In this document: one piece after another, positions 46,820 to 58,020 of the stretch
Position numbering within the stretch: the first letter of the stretch is position 1
How the letters are laid out: each line of letters opens with the position of its first letter
Origin: Nitrospirota bacterium
Lineage (GTDB): Bacteria > Nitrospirota > Nitrospiria > JACQBZ01
Assembly (NCBI GenBank): GCA_016194285.1
Contig: JACQBZ010000020.1
Location: 1,994-65,993, forward strand
DNA: 64,000 nt
Direction of reading: 5' to 3'
Notes under the pieces: model-generated
Databases searched by the model: none
Told to the model about the DNA's origin: nothing
Seen by the model: only the letters and a program-made list of their open reading frames with translations
Translations under genes and position numbers: made by a program

Positions 46820-48030
46820 ACCCGCTGGGACTCCTCGGTACGATTGGGCAAAACGGCCAGGCCGGGAAGTTCTTTTTCCTCCAACAGCTGCAAGGCCGCG
46901 CCGCCCCCGGTCGAGATGAACGAAATGTTTTCGGATTCCCCCGCTCGATGAACGGCCAGCGCCGTATCCGCCCCGCCCACGATCGTCAAGGCATACGCAT
47001 TCGCGACGGCATGCGCGATGGCAAACGTTCCACGGGAGTAGGCATCCATCTCAAAGAGCCCCATGGGTCCGTTCCAAAGGATCGTTTTCGCGTTGGCCAG
47101 TGCTTCCGTGAACAATTTTACGGAGGCCGGACCAATGTCCAGCGCCATCCAGTCCTTGGGAATTTCCTGCATCGGGACGATCTTCGTCTCGGCACTGGGA
47201 TCCCGGCTCTGCGCCACGACGCAGTCGACCGGAAGGTAGAACTTCACACCGCGGGCCCGTGCGTGGTTTCGGATATCCATCGCCATCTGGAGCATCCCGT
47301 CCTCGACCAGTGACCCTCCCACTTCATAGCCCAAGGCCTTGTAAAAGGTAAAGGCCATCCCCCCGCCGATGATGACTTTATCCACCTTTTTCCCCAGATT
47401 TTCGACGACACCTAACTTTCCAGAAACCTTCGCCCCGCCCAGGATCGCCACGAACGGCCGGGCCGGATTGGCCATAGCCCCTTCGAGATAATCGATCTCT
47501 TTTTTCATCAGAAATCCGGCCGCGCATTGCGGAACGAACTTCGTGATGCCGGTCACGGAGGCATGGTTGCGGTGGACCGTTCCAAAGGCGTCGTTCACGT
47601 ACACATCGGCCAGGCGAGCCAGCGCCTTGGAAAACGCTTCGTCGTTTTTCTGTTCTCCGGGATGAAAACGGAGATTCTCCAAAAGGAGGACGTCGCCCGG
47701 TTTCATTTGGTTGACCATCTTCTCGACCTGCGGGCCGATGCAGTCCGGGGCAAAGGCCACTTCTTTCCCCAGCAACCGTTGAAGACGCTTCACGATCGGC
47801 GCGAGGCTCAGCCGTGGATCGATCTTCCCGTTGGGCCTTCCCAAATGGGAGCAGAGGATGATCTTCGCCCCCTCGTCGATGGCGTAATTAATCGTGGGCA
47901 GGGCCGACCGGATCCGGGTGTCGTCCGTGATGTTGAGGTGTTCGTCCAACGGCACGTTGAAATCCACCCGCACGATCACGCGTTTTTTCTTAATCTTTAG
48001 ATCTTCAATGGTCACTTTGTGCATATTCAT
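46816..48030 (-). CDS. pgk: Phosphoglycerate kinase
   Basis: RVDFNVP, SHLGRP, LENLRF, NDAFG, GGAKVSGK, WNGPMG, STGGGA. Confidence 0.97.
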   Translation of the reverse strand: MNMHKVTIEDLKIKKKRVIVRVDFNVPLDEHLNITDDTRIRSALPTINYAIDEGAKIILCSHLGRPNGKIDPRLSLAPIVKRLQRLLGKEVAFAPDCIGPQVEKMVNQMKPGDVLLLENLRFHPGEQKNDEAFSKALARLADVYVNDAFGTVHRNHASVTGITKFVPQCAAGFLMKKEIDYLEGAMANPARPFVAILGGAKVSGKLGVVENLGKKVDKVIIGGGMAFTFYKALGYEVGGSLVEDGMLQMAMDIRNHARARGVKFYLPVDCVVAQSRDPSAETKIVPMQEIPKDWMALDIGPASVKLFTEALANAKTILWNGPMGLFEMDAYSRGTFAIAHAVANAYALTIVGGADTALAVHRAGESENISFISTGGGAALQLLEEKELPGLAVLPNRTEESQRV

Positions 48031-48125
48031 GGGATTCCCTGTCCACGATCATCGTTTTTTATTCATGGCGGGTATGCAGTCCATGCAACCGGACTGGGCC
48101 GCTCATGGCCGATGTCGTATGCGTG

Positions 48126-49133
<1,008 letters not shown>

Positions 49134-49298
49134 TCATCCTCACGCATCCTCACGGGCGCTCAAACACGGATTTGGAAATCCGCAACATTGTTAAAAAATG
49201 GATTTTAATAGTAGGTGAAATCGCCCTCAAAAGTCAACTGTCACACGAACACCCCAAAGGTGGGACAAGCGAGGATCAGGACTTCGCGGGCCCTTCTT

Positions 49299-51713
49299 CT
49301 ATCCATTGCTCGCATCAATTCGGAAGAACTCGGCCGGCTTGGGCTGAGGATGCGACAGCTTCGTGGGTTCGGTGCCTTTCACAAAGATCTCGATGACGGC
49401 GTCTTCGGCCCCTTCCGGTGCGAGGAGGCCGGTCTGCGGGTCGATATTGGCGAACACGACATTCTCCGGGATCGGGAAGGTCATTTCGGGCATCACTTCA
49501 AAAGCCGCCCGCATGAAGCCGATCCAGATCGGCAGCGCGGCCGATGCCCCGGCCTCGCGATCGCCCAGCGATCGGACATCGTCGAAGCCCACCCAGACGC
49601 CGGCCACGAGATTCGGGGCAAATCCGACAAACCAGGCGTCCGTGAAATCGTTCGTTGTTCCGGTCTTCCCGGCGAGAGGCCGGCCCAGCACTTTGGCCCG
49701 CCATCCTGTTCCCTTCTGAATCACATCCTCCATCATGTTGGTGATCACATAGGCGGTCTCCTTCGCGATCACCTCGTTCGCCACCGGCTCGTGCTCTTCC
49801 AGCACCCGCCCGGACGAATCCGCAACGGACAGGACCGCGATCGGTTCCACGCGGACCCCCTCGTTGGCAAATACACCGAAGGCCGAGGCGAGCTCGATCA
49901 GGCTCACGCTCGAGGAACCGAGCGCCATAGATAGATCCGGTGTCAGCGGACTGGTGATGCCCACGCGCTTGGCGAATTCCACGACATTCTTGATCCCCAC
50001 CCGATCCAACAGTTTCACGGTCGCCAAATTTCGCGAATGGGCCAGGGCTTCCCGCAGGCTGATGGGGCCGAAGAATTTGGATTCGTAATTTTCCGGCCGC
50101 CAGACCTTTTGCTGTTCCTCGTCCACAAACACGACCGGCGAGTCGACCATGATCGTGGCCGGGGTGAAACCGCGCTCGATGGCGGTGGCGTAAATGATCG
50201 GCTTGAAGGCCGAGCCCGGCTGGCGGCGGGCCGAGAGGGCCCGGTTGAACTCGCTCCGCTTAAAATCGTATCCCCCGACCATGGCCTTGATCGCGCCGGT
50301 TCTCGGGTCCAACGCAATCAACGCGCCCTCGACCACCGGACCCTGATCCAAGCTGAAGACGGCCGTTTTGCCGCGGGGATCCAGCCTCCGAATTTTGACC
50401 CGGATCACATCGCCGACATGAAGGATATCGGACGGCTTGGCATTGGAATTTAACTCAACGTCTTTGAGCAGGTCCGGTCCCTTCAGCCGTTTCTTGGCCC
50501 AGGCCATGCCTTCGGGTGAGATCCGGCCGGTTCGGCCGGCCGCGACGACGGTCGCTCCTTGTTCGTCCACGGCCGTTACCACGCCGTCGATCACGTCCCC
50601 TTCCTTGACCGCGGCCATTCCCATGATCCCGGTGCCGGTCTCCTGATCCTGGGCCAGTTCTTTGGGACTCTTGTGTGCGATCGGTCCGCGATAGCCCTGA
50701 CGTTTATCCACCTCGCGAAGGCCTTCCTGTAAGGCTGGGGTAGCCGCCTTCTGCAGGGTGAGATTCAAGGTGGTATAAACACTGAGCCCGCCTTTGTAGA
50801 CCATGTTCTCGCCATAGGCCGCACTGAGATTCTGGCGGAGGTATTCCATGAAGTACGGCGCAATCTCCTCTTCTTTCTCGAGTTTTTGAAAATAAAGGTC
50901 CTGTCGGTAGACGCGGCGGAATTGATCTTCGGTAATGAAGCCCTCCTCCACCATTCGGCGAAGGACGACGCCCTGGCGTTGCTTCGCGCGTTCGGGATTG
51001 ATGTAGGGGGAATATTCCGTCGGGGCGCGGGGCACGCCGGCCAGGTAGGCCACCTCGGACAGATTGAGCTGGTCCACATTCTTGCCGAAATAGGTCCTGG
51101 CCGCGGACTGGACGCCGTAGGCGCCATGCCCGAAATAGATCTGGTTAAGATACAACTCCAAGATTTCGTCCTTGGTCAGTACCTTCTCGATTTTCCAGGC
51201 CAGCAGCGCTTCCTTGATCTTTCGCTTGAGGCTCTTCTCGGAGGACAGGAACAGTGAGCGCGCCAGCTGTTGTGTGATCGTGCTGGCGCCCTGACGGAGC
51301 CGGAGGGTCTCGATATTAGTCAAAAGAGCACGAAGAATGCCCAGGGGGTCGATGCCCTTGTGTTCATAAAACCGGGAATCCTCCACCGCGATGATCGCGT
51401 GGAGAAGGTCCGGCGGCATCCGGCTGAACGGAACGACGACGCGCCGCTCGATATAAAACTGTCCGATCAGCTGACGATCCTCGCCGTAAACCTTGGTCAC
51501 GAGGCTGGGCTGGTATTCGCGAAGGGTCTCGATGGATGGAAGATCTTTTGAGAAATACCAAAAGATCCCGCCCAGACCCCCCGCCCCTAAAATCAGAAGG
51601 GCAGCGAAGACAATCAGCAGCTTGATCTTCCAGGACCACTTCGGTTTCGACGGTCCCTCATACTCGACTTCTAGAAAGATCTTTTCCTTTTCATGTTTGC
51701 CTTCGTACGGCAC
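49299..51713 (-). CDS. mrcA: Penicillin-binding protein 1A
   Basis: EDSRF, GASTITQQL, YLNQIY, SAFK, SRN, KTGT motifs. Confidence 0.93.
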   Translation of the reverse strand: MPYEGKHEKEKIFLEVEYEGPSKPKWSWKIKLLIVFAALLILGAGGLGGIFWYFSKDLPSIETLREYQPSLVTKVYGEDRQLIGQFYIERRVVVPFSRMPPDLLHAIIAVEDSRFYEHKGIDPLGILRALLTNIETLRLRQGASTITQQLARSLFLSSEKSLKRKIKEALLAWKIEKVLTKDEILELYLNQIYFGHGAYGVQSAARTYFGKNVDQLNLSEVAYLAGVPRAPTEYSPYINPERAKQRQGVVLRRMVEEGFITEDQFRRVYRQDLYFQKLEKEEEIAPYFMEYLRQNLSAAYGENMVYKGGLSVYTTLNLTLQKAATPALQEGLREVDKRQGYRGPIAHKSPKELAQDQETGTGIMGMAAVKEGDVIDGVVTAVDEQGATVVAAGRTGRISPEGMAWAKKRLKGPDLLKDVELNSNAKPSDILHVGDVIRVKIRRLDPRGKTAVFSLDQGPVVEGALIALDPRTGAIKAMVGGYDFKRSEFNRALSARRQPGSAFKPIIYATAIERGFTPATIMVDSPVVFVDEEQQKVWRPENYESKFFGPISLREALAHSRNLATVKLLDRVGIKNVVEFAKRVGITSPLTPDLSMALGSSSVSLIELASAFGVFANEGVRVEPIAVLSVADSSGRVLEEHEPVANEVIAKETAYVITNMMEDVIQKGTGWRAKVLGRPLAGKTGTTNDFTDAWFVGFAPNLVAGVWVGFDDVRSLGDREAGASAALPIWIGFMRAAFEVMPEMTFPIPENVVFANIDPQTGLLAPEGAEDAVIEIFVKGTEPTKLSHPQPKPAEFFRIDASNG

Positions 51714-51833
51714 TTTTTACTCCAAATCGACCGCTCTTGAACCGCTCCGACATCCTTTATTATACTTTGAAACGATTTCTGTACACAAGAAAACCAGCGG
51801 ACAGATTCATGACCGGGCACGGCGATCTTTCCA

Positions 51834-52211
51834 TTACAATTGTAAATCCTCCATGACCTTGAGATGTCTCAGAAGCTGACCGTAACGTTGTTCCGACATC
51901 GGCTCCAACTGGAGCCCGACCATGTAAAGCTGGCCCGCCGACTTCGCCCACCGAACACGAGCCGCGACCTTCAATTCCTGCCCGGCCCGTTCCTCCTCGA
52001 TCAGTTTGAGGGTCATGACCACGAGTTGTTTCGCCTTGACCGGCCGGTGCAGATAGACGCCGAATCCCCCACGGCCGATGCTGGCGAGGTAGGCTTCCTG
52101 AGGTTTTTCCCCCTGAACCGTCAACGTCACCACCCCCATTGTGGTCAGGCGAAGATGTCTACGCCGTTCGGATCCGGTCGTCTCTTTTGGCGTCGGGTCA
52201 GCCATGGTCAT
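51834..52211 (-). CDS. PilZ-domain protein
   Basis: ERRRHLR (RxxxR), SIGRGG (D/NxSxxG-like), ARVRW, VGLQL. Confidence 0.75.
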   Translation of the reverse strand: MTMADPTPKETTGSERRRHLRLTTMGVVTLTVQGEKPQEAYLASIGRGGFGVYLHRPVKAKQLVVMTLKLIEEERAGQELKVAARVRWAKSAGQLYMVGLQLEPMSEQRYGQLLRHLKVMEDLQL

Positions 52212-53743
52212 GAGACATAATTTCTTCGGTCGAGGGTTCGGTACTGGATCGCCTCGGAGACGTGCCGCGGTTCGATTCGGTCATTGGCCTCCAAGTCGGC
52301 GATCGTCCGAGCGACCTTCAAGATACGATTGTAGGCCCGGGCCGACAGGCCCAGCTTGTTCATGGCCAACTCGATCAGTTTCCGTCCGTCTTCATCGAGA
52401 GCGCAATACTTTTTGAGTTGCCGGGGTCGAAGCTGCGCGTTGCAGAATATTCCGTCGTTCTGATACCGCTCCTGCTGTGCCCGGCGCGCGTGGCTGACCC
52501 GTTTGCGGAGGGTGGTTGAATCCTCCCGCACCCGCTCCACGGACAGATCCCGAAAAGGAACCGCCGGGACTTCCACATGAATATCGATGCGGTCGAGCAA
52601 GGGGCCGGAGACCCTGGCGCGGTAGCGTTGGATCTGCAGCGGGGTGCAGACGCAGGCATGAGCCGGATCCGTGAAAAAACCGCACGGACAAGGATTCATC
52701 GCCGCGATCAGCATAAACTGGGCGGGATACGACAACGAGGCGGTCGCGCGCGAGATCGTCACGCGTCCGTCCTCAAGCGGCTGACGCAGGACTTCCAGAA
52801 CGTTTCTCCGGAACTCCGGCAGTTCATCCAAGAAGAGCACGCCGTTGTGGGCCAGGCTGACCTCTCCGGGCTTCGGCACGTGGCCGCCTCCGATGAGACC
52901 GGCGTCCGAGATCGTATGGTGGGGAGAGCGGAACGGACGGGTTGCGAGCAGGGGCTGCCGTTCCGGAAGAAGGCCGGCGACGGAATGGACCTTGGTCGTT
53001 TCGATCGCCTCGTCGAAATTCATGGTGGGAAGAATCGACGGCAGCCGCTTCGCGAGCATCGTCTTTCCCGAGCCGGGCGGGCCGATCATCAAAAGATTAT
53101 GGCCGCCGGCGGCAGCCACCTCGAGGGCGCGCTTGGCGTGCTCCTGGCCCTTCACATCCATGAAGTCATCGCCATAGACGGCCTTCTCCGAGAAAATTTC
53201 CTGAAGATTGACCGTGACGGGGATCATCGATTGATTCCGGTTCAAAAACTCGACCACTTGAGGCAGCGTCTCTGCGCCGTAGACCTGGATGCCCTCCACC
53301 ACAGCCGCTTCGTTCGCATTCTCGATCGGAAGAATCAGCCCCCGCAGTCCGGCCTCCTTTACGGCGACCGCAATCGACAGGGCTCCCCGGATGGATTTGA
53401 CGCGGCCGTCGAGCGACAGCTCCCCCACGACGAGATACTCCCGGACCGACTCCGGTCCCAGGACTTCTTCCGCCACCAGAACCCCGAGGGCCATCGGCAG
53501 GTCAAAGGCCGACCCTTCTTTCTTGACATCGGCCGGAGCCAGATTAACCGTGATTTTCTTCACCGGAAAATTAAAACCGGTGTTCTTGAGTGCGGCCCGG
53601 ACGCGATCCTTGCTTTCCTTGATCGCGGTATCCGGCAGACCCACGATCGTGAACATCGGGAGACCCAAGGCCACGTCCAGTTCCACATCCACGAGAAGGG
53701 CGTCGAGACCTAAAACGGCACTGCTCAGTATTTTAGCGATCAT
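52208..53743 (-). CDS. comM: YifB/ComM Mg-chelatase-like ATPase
   Basis: [56 protein letters not shown]. Confidence 0.93.
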   Translation of the reverse strand: MIAKILSSAVLGLDALLVDVELDVALGLPMFTIVGLPDTAIKESKDRVRAALKNTGFNFPVKKITVNLAPADVKKEGSAFDLPMALGVLVAEEVLGPESVREYLVVGELSLDGRVKSIRGALSIAVAVKEAGLRGLILPIENANEAAVVEGIQVYGAETLPQVVEFLNRNQSMIPVTVNLQEIFSEKAVYGDDFMDVKGQEHAKRALEVAAAGGHNLLMIGPPGSGKTMLAKRLPSILPTMNFDEAIETTKVHSVAGLLPERQPLLATRPFRSPHHTISDAGLIGGGHVPKPGEVSLAHNGVLFLDELPEFRRNVLEVLRQPLEDGRVTISRATASLSYPAQFMLIAAMNPCPCGFFTDPAHACVCTPLQIQRYRARVSGPLLDRIDIHVEVPAVPFRDLSVERVREDSTTLRKRVSHARRAQQERYQNDGIFCNAQLRPRQLKKYCALDEDGRKLIELAMNKLGLSARAYNRILKVARTIADLEANDRIEPRHVSEAIQYRTLDRRNYVS

Positions 53744-53810
53744 GATTCCCTCCGCAAGCGGACGCCCCGCAGGATCTCTTTATGAAGCGCCTGCTTCTGT
53801 AACGTCCGGT

Positions 53811-55355
53811 TTATGTTTTGGTCCGCACGACAATGGTCCGACCGGCCAGGTCGCCCAGACGCTGCCAACGGTTGGTAGCCGCGATGCTGATCAGCCCCAC
53901 CCAGTAGAAACAGATCCCGTCCACCAAGCGAAGGAGGTTGCGGATCACGGACTGCAACATCGTGCAGGGTTTCAGATCCCGATCCATCACCATAATCCCG
54001 CAGAGTCGTTTGCCGAGGGTCTGCCCCCAGAACCCCTCGGTCAGGCCATGGTAGACAAAAAGCAAGAACGGAGCGATCATCAATCCCATCCCGGCTTCCT
54101 CAATAAAATGCGCGAGGGGATTGGGGAAAAGCAGGATTTCCGGGTTCAGCCGAGACCCGACGATGATCCCGACCGGAACAACCACCAGCGCGGTATCGAT
54201 CGCCTTCGCCACAAACCTCTGCCCCAACGATGCATAGGGGACACCTGGATTCTCCGGCATCGGTTTCCAGTACATCAGGACGAACGTCAAACCCACCGTG
54301 GCAAGCGTAACCATCACGAGAAGCAGCAACAAAACCCGTTCCTGATAACGGAGAACGGTCTGTCCGAGATCGCCGCCCATCAGGAAAACGGATCGTTCCG
54401 GCGGGCCGGTCTCCCAGATCGTATCCTCGATTTTGATTCCGGTATTAATCAAGAGATGCGGTTTGCCTTGAAATAAGAAGGCCGATATCTCCAGAAGACC
54501 GACCGGAGCGGGCCGCTCGAGATCGTTCTCTCCATGCCACCCATTTCCATCGAAAACTTTCAGACCGATGGGATCAATCTCTCGATCCCCTTTTGCACGT
54601 AACGATATCGGAAGATACCAGATAAAGATTCGATTGGAGTTCGACAGGGCATCGAAGCCTTCCAGTTTTCCAAACACCTCTCCCAACGATTCGACGCGAC
54701 CGGAATGTTCGCCATCCAATACCCATTGATAGAGGTTGTGGTCTTTCAACCAGAAGTAAAAAATCTTGTCTTTGAAGACCACCAGGCGGGACGGACACCG
54801 TTCCGAGCAAAAGAGGTTCTGATCGTTCGGATCGGTTGCAACCGGCATGGGCCGTTCCCAGACGTCATGGGCGTAAGACGTCAGCGAAAAATCCTTCCCG
54901 AGGCGGCCGAGGACCAAAAGCTGTTCCGGCGCCGCGGTGACGACCGGGTCGTCACCGATCCAGGGAGCATCAAACCGATGCCATTCTTTGCCGTCGAAGA
55001 TTCGGTACATCCCCGCGTTGAAGAACCAGAGTTCGTCCGAGAAGGCGACAAAGGAATGAAAGGATTTGATCTCCGATTCGCCCTGCAACCGATCCTCTTC
55101 CACCGTGCTCATCCACCAGTTTTCTTTGGGCGGGGCGGCCGATGAATCACGCCGCATCAGGAAAAGATAGATCCGATTTCCAAGGCCGGCCGCCTGAAGG
55201 TTAAAGACAGGCGCCGGAAATTGCGGGACGGGAATGCGGTGAAATAAATCCAGGAATGCCCCGATCATCAGCAGGCCGATGATCACGGCCGATCCGATCG
55301 GGATTGCAAGTCGGCGGCTCCAGAAGCGAAACTGATCCTGATGACCCGTCATCAT
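53811..55355 (-). CDS. RDD-family membrane protein with large extracytoplasmic domain
   Basis: N-terminal TM, about 300 aa soluble region, C-terminal RFVAKAID...GQTLGKR...IRNLLRLVD...QRLGD; start inferred. Confidence 0.8.
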   Translation of the reverse strand: MMTGHQDQFRFWSRRLAIPIGSAVIIGLLMIGAFLDLFHRIPVPQFPAPVFNLQAAGLGNRIYLFLMRRDSSAAPPKENWWMSTVEEDRLQGESEIKSFHSFVAFSDELWFFNAGMYRIFDGKEWHRFDAPWIGDDPVVTAAPEQLLVLGRLGKDFSLTSYAHDVWERPMPVATDPNDQNLFCSERCPSRLVVFKDKIFYFWLKDHNLYQWVLDGEHSGRVESLGEVFGKLEGFDALSNSNRIFIWYLPISLRAKGDREIDPIGLKVFDGNGWHGENDLERPAPVGLLEISAFLFQGKPHLLINTGIKIEDTIWETGPPERSVFLMGGDLGQTVLRYQERVLLLLLVMVTLATVGLTFVLMYWKPMPENPGVPYASLGQRFVAKAIDTALVVVPVGIIVGSRLNPEILLFPNPLAHFIEEAGMGLMIAPFLLFVYHGLTEGFWGQTLGKRLCGIMVMDRDLKPCTMLQSVIRNLLRLVDGICFYWVGLISIAATNRWQRLGDLAGRTIVVRTKT

Positions 55356-55420
55356 GATGTATGGTCGTCCGAGAAGGCCCTCATTATAAGAAGTTCCAAA
55401 CGGGTTTGCAATCAAAACCC

Positions 55421-56137
55421 CTACGCATAAAAAATCCAGAGGGCGGAATAAACCAGGATCACCTCGACGGCATGCGCCGCAATCGTGGAGAATAAGCTCC
55501 GGGTCCGGAGCAACAACCCGCCCCAGATCAAACCATCCGTAAGCGCCAGCCAGTGATAGCCCCGAAAGACCGTCATCATAAACGGGTCCCGGGAGAAAGC
55601 GACGGCCGAGACGATCACGGCCAGGACCGATCCATACGGTTTGTCTCCCCACATCGCCGCAAGTCTTCCCAGAATGAATCCTCGGAAGTTCACCTCGACA
55701 AACAGGGCGATCAGGGCAATGCCCCATGGGACCATCAATGCAAACGGCATCCGCGCATGCGGCGTGTCACGAAGAAAATCAAAACGGTATCCCAACCATG
55801 GGGTCAGTTTAACAATGACCCACAAATTGACGAGGCCGGTGAGACAGCCCACGAGTGCGCCGACCCGCAGGCTTCCCCCAAGATGGCGAGTGACGATAAA
55901 AAGACGATCCAAACGGCGATCATTGACGGTCGACCAGACCGCCAGACAGGCATAGGCGACGCATTGAGGAACCAGTGTCGACCCTAACGACGCGGGGAGC
56001 GTCGACGACCAAATCGAGTAGGTGAATGTGAGGACGACCGGAGTGACCGCAAGCCCGCTCCACCGTTCCACCTGAGATCGGCTCCCCGACGCACCGGAGG
56101 CGGACTCGCATCGCAGGATCCCGCTCCTATTCTCCAC
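55421..56137 (-). CDS. CPBP (CAAX/Abi) intramembrane metalloprotease
   Basis: Multi-TM; VEVNFRG (EExxFRG variant), AAHA..; true start may be GTG 56071. Confidence 0.75.
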   Translation of the reverse strand: MENRSGILRCESASGASGSRSQVERWSGLAVTPVVLTFTYSIWSSTLPASLGSTLVPQCVAYACLAVWSTVNDRRLDRLFIVTRHLGGSLRVGALVGCLTGLVNLWVIVKLTPWLGYRFDFLRDTPHARMPFALMVPWGIALIALFVEVNFRGFILGRLAAMWGDKPYGSVLAVIVSAVAFSRDPFMMTVFRGYHWLALTDGLIWGGLLLRTRSLFSTIAAHAVEVILVYSALWIFYA

Positions 56138-56288
56138 CGGCCACGCTGGCTTTGCAGTCGGCGCACAAGGTCAGAATCTCTCCTCCCGAAAAAACCGGAT
56201 AGAATTTTTTGGCCTCCTGCCCGCAAACATCGCAGGTCCGGGGCGGAAGGATGGAAGGACCGTATCGCTGAGAGGGATCCTGATTCAT
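56127..56288 (-). CDS. Small CxxC-CxxC zinc-finger protein
   Basis: MNQDP...CDVC...CADC, 53 aa; ATGA overlap with upstream dsrE stop. Confidence 0.65.
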   Translation of the reverse strand: MNQDPSQRYGPSILPPRTCDVCGQEAKKFYPVFSGGEILTLCADCKASVAGGE

Positions 56289-56716
56289 ATATAAAGAACG
56301 GTCTCGGCGCCCTCGGCAATGGTCAGCACCTGAGGCAACCCCCAAACATCATCAATCAGGGAATCCTTTCCGGTGTTCTGGGAGGTCTTGTCGATATCCA
56401 TGTACTCGAGGCCGGCACTGCAGACGATCACCTTGGCCCCGATCCCTCGCGCCTCCCGGAACATTTCGCTGATGGGCGGAACCTTTTTCTCCTTCATGAG
56501 CTGTGTGATCTTATGGCTCCAGGACTGGTACTCGACCGGAAAATCGGAATGGTCCAACTGGCCCGAGTAGAATTTTTTTAAAGCCCAGAAAAAAAGAACG
56601 ATATAGACTTCGCTTCCCATCGCGGCCGCGGTCAGCGCGATCGTGGCGGTCTGGTGCAGTTTATCATAGGTGCCGCTGTGCGCAAAGATGACGAACTTGC
56701 CCTTGGTTTTTTTCAT
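56285..56716 (-). CDS. DsrE/DsrF-like protein
   Basis: IFAHSGTYDK, TAAAMGSEV..LFFWAL, KVIVCSAG. Confidence 0.8.
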   Translation of the reverse strand: MKKTKGKFVIFAHSGTYDKLHQTATIALTAAAMGSEVYIVLFFWALKKFYSGQLDHSDFPVEYQSWSHKITQLMKEKKVPPISEMFREARGIGAKVIVCSAGLEYMDIDKTSQNTGKDSLIDDVWGLPQVLTIAEGAETVLYI

Positions 56717-56770
56717 ATATACCCATGTTCACACCCGCGGCACTCATTCCAGCGAGCACGGCGAGCGAGA

Positions 56771-56822
56771 AGGGGAGGCTCCATCCGGCTTTGCCGGTGG
56801 AGGGGGCGACGCGAGCCCCTAC
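56771..56822 (-). repeat. Structured GTAG-led palindromic intergenic element
   Basis: GTAG-GGGC-TCGCGTC-GCCCC-TCCA-CCGGC-AAA-GCCGG-A-TGGA-GCCTCCCCT. Confidence 0.5.
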
Positions 56823-56824
56823 AA

Positions 56825-57412
56825 TTAGATAAAAAGCGTGATATCGGCCTCGCCCGCATACTCCAGAAAGGTCGCAGCCCCCACCGGATCCGGCAGGCCG
56901 TCGATCAGATCTTCTTTCTTCAAATTGAACATGTCCATCGCCATTTGACAGGGCCACAGCTTGACTCCCGTCTCGAGCGCGATCTGCATGAGCTCTGGAA
57001 CCGTCGCGATCTTCTTCTTTTTGATCTCCCGCTTCATCATCAGGGTCGCAAAGGCCGTCATCCCCGGCAGGACGCTCACAATGTTGGGCATGGCCACCGG
57101 CATGGCCGGGTTTCCCAACGGCACAACTTTGAGCGAATCCTGATTCCCCTTTTTAAGGATGTTCAAACCGAAAAAGGAAAAATAAACGCCGACCTCCATG
57201 TCCATCGCGGCCGCGGTCGTGGCCAAGATCAGTGCCGCATACGCCGCCTCGAACGTTCCCTTTGAAACCACGGCGATGGCCAGCCTTTTCCTTCGGCTAT
57301 CCTTCTCCTTTTTAAGTTTTTCCGCCACAAGCGCCTCGACGCGCTGATCGAGGATCTCCTTGACCTTGGCCTCAATCAGGTCGTTGAGGCTCTTATCTAA
57401 AATAGTGGACAT
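56825..57412 (-). CDS. DsrE2-like sulfur relay protein
   Basis: SKGT, ATTAAAMDMEV.VYFSFFGL, GNPAMP, CQMAMD, GAATFL. Confidence 0.87.
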   Translation of the reverse strand: MSTILDKSLNDLIEAKVKEILDQRVEALVAEKLKKEKDSRRKRLAIAVVSKGTFEAAYAALILATTAAAMDMEVGVYFSFFGLNILKKGNQDSLKVVPLGNPAMPVAMPNIVSVLPGMTAFATLMMKREIKKKKIATVPELMQIALETGVKLWPCQMAMDMFNLKKEDLIDGLPDPVGAATFLEYAGEADITLFI

Positions 57413-57423
57413 GAGTAATCTCC

Positions 57424-57666
57424 TTACTTTGTCTTGCGGATATAAAATTGAAACAGGCCGTTGCCCTGCCGATGTTCAAGCAACTCATGCCCGGTTCGTT
57501 TCGACCAGGCCATCATGTCGGCCACCGAACCTGGGTCGGTCGAAATCATTTCCAGAACCTGTCCCACGGCCATTTTGTCGATCGCCTGTTTCGTCCGGAT
57601 CACAGGCATAGGGCAGAGAAGTCCCTTACAATCCAAGGTTTGATCCACCTTAATGGTATCAGCCAT
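57424..57666 (-). CDS. tusA: TusA-family sulfurtransferase
   Basis: LDCKGLLCPMP, STDPGS..D..AWS..TGHEL. Confidence 0.9.
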   Translation of the reverse strand: MADTIKVDQTLDCKGLLCPMPVIRTKQAIDKMAVGQVLEMISTDPGSVADMMAWSKRTGHELLEHRQGNGLFQFYIRKTK

Positions 57667-57719
57667 ATTGATCGTTCCTCTACTTTTATAGATAGACGCT
57701 GCTCGCTTATATGAGATTT

Positions 57720-57749
57720 ATCATAGTCCGCGGTCCGACGTTAAGTCAA
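57720..57749 (-). promoter_or_regulatory. Putative promoter of tusA operon
   Basis: TTGACT-18-TATGAT; TCAAG-A-CTTGA palindrome overlaps -35. Confidence 0.45.
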
Positions 57750-57823
57750 GACTTGATTGGGCCCTTCGCGGCACATGTTCCACCGTTGAACTTTCAGATG
57801 GAATAGATTATGATGGAATTGCT

Positions 57824-58006
57824 ATGATGATGGACGAACTGGAAAGCTTTAGGGGACAGCAGGTCGAAGTGATCTACAATACCATGGTCTACCACGGGGA
57901 ATTGGCCGGCGCTTCGGAAGACGAAATCTTTCTTAAGACGGCCGTGGACTGGGTCACACTGCCGATGGAAGGCATCACAGCGATCCGCAAAACGGAAACC
58001 TCTTAA
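57824..58006 (+). CDS. Small hypothetical protein, possible Sm/LSm-like beta-barrel
   Basis: 60 aa; GQQVEV...YHGEL......IFL....V.LP...I.AI pattern. Confidence 0.55.
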   Translation: MMMDELESFRGQQVEVIYNTMVYHGELAGASEDEIFLKTAVDWVTLPMEGITAIRKTETS

Positions 58007-58020
58007 ATAAGAGCCCTCCC

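Noticed and set aside
52577-54476. Long plus-strand ORFs (378 and 395 aa)
   Set aside because: Antisense shadows of comM/RDD in GC-rich DNA; no recognisable domains
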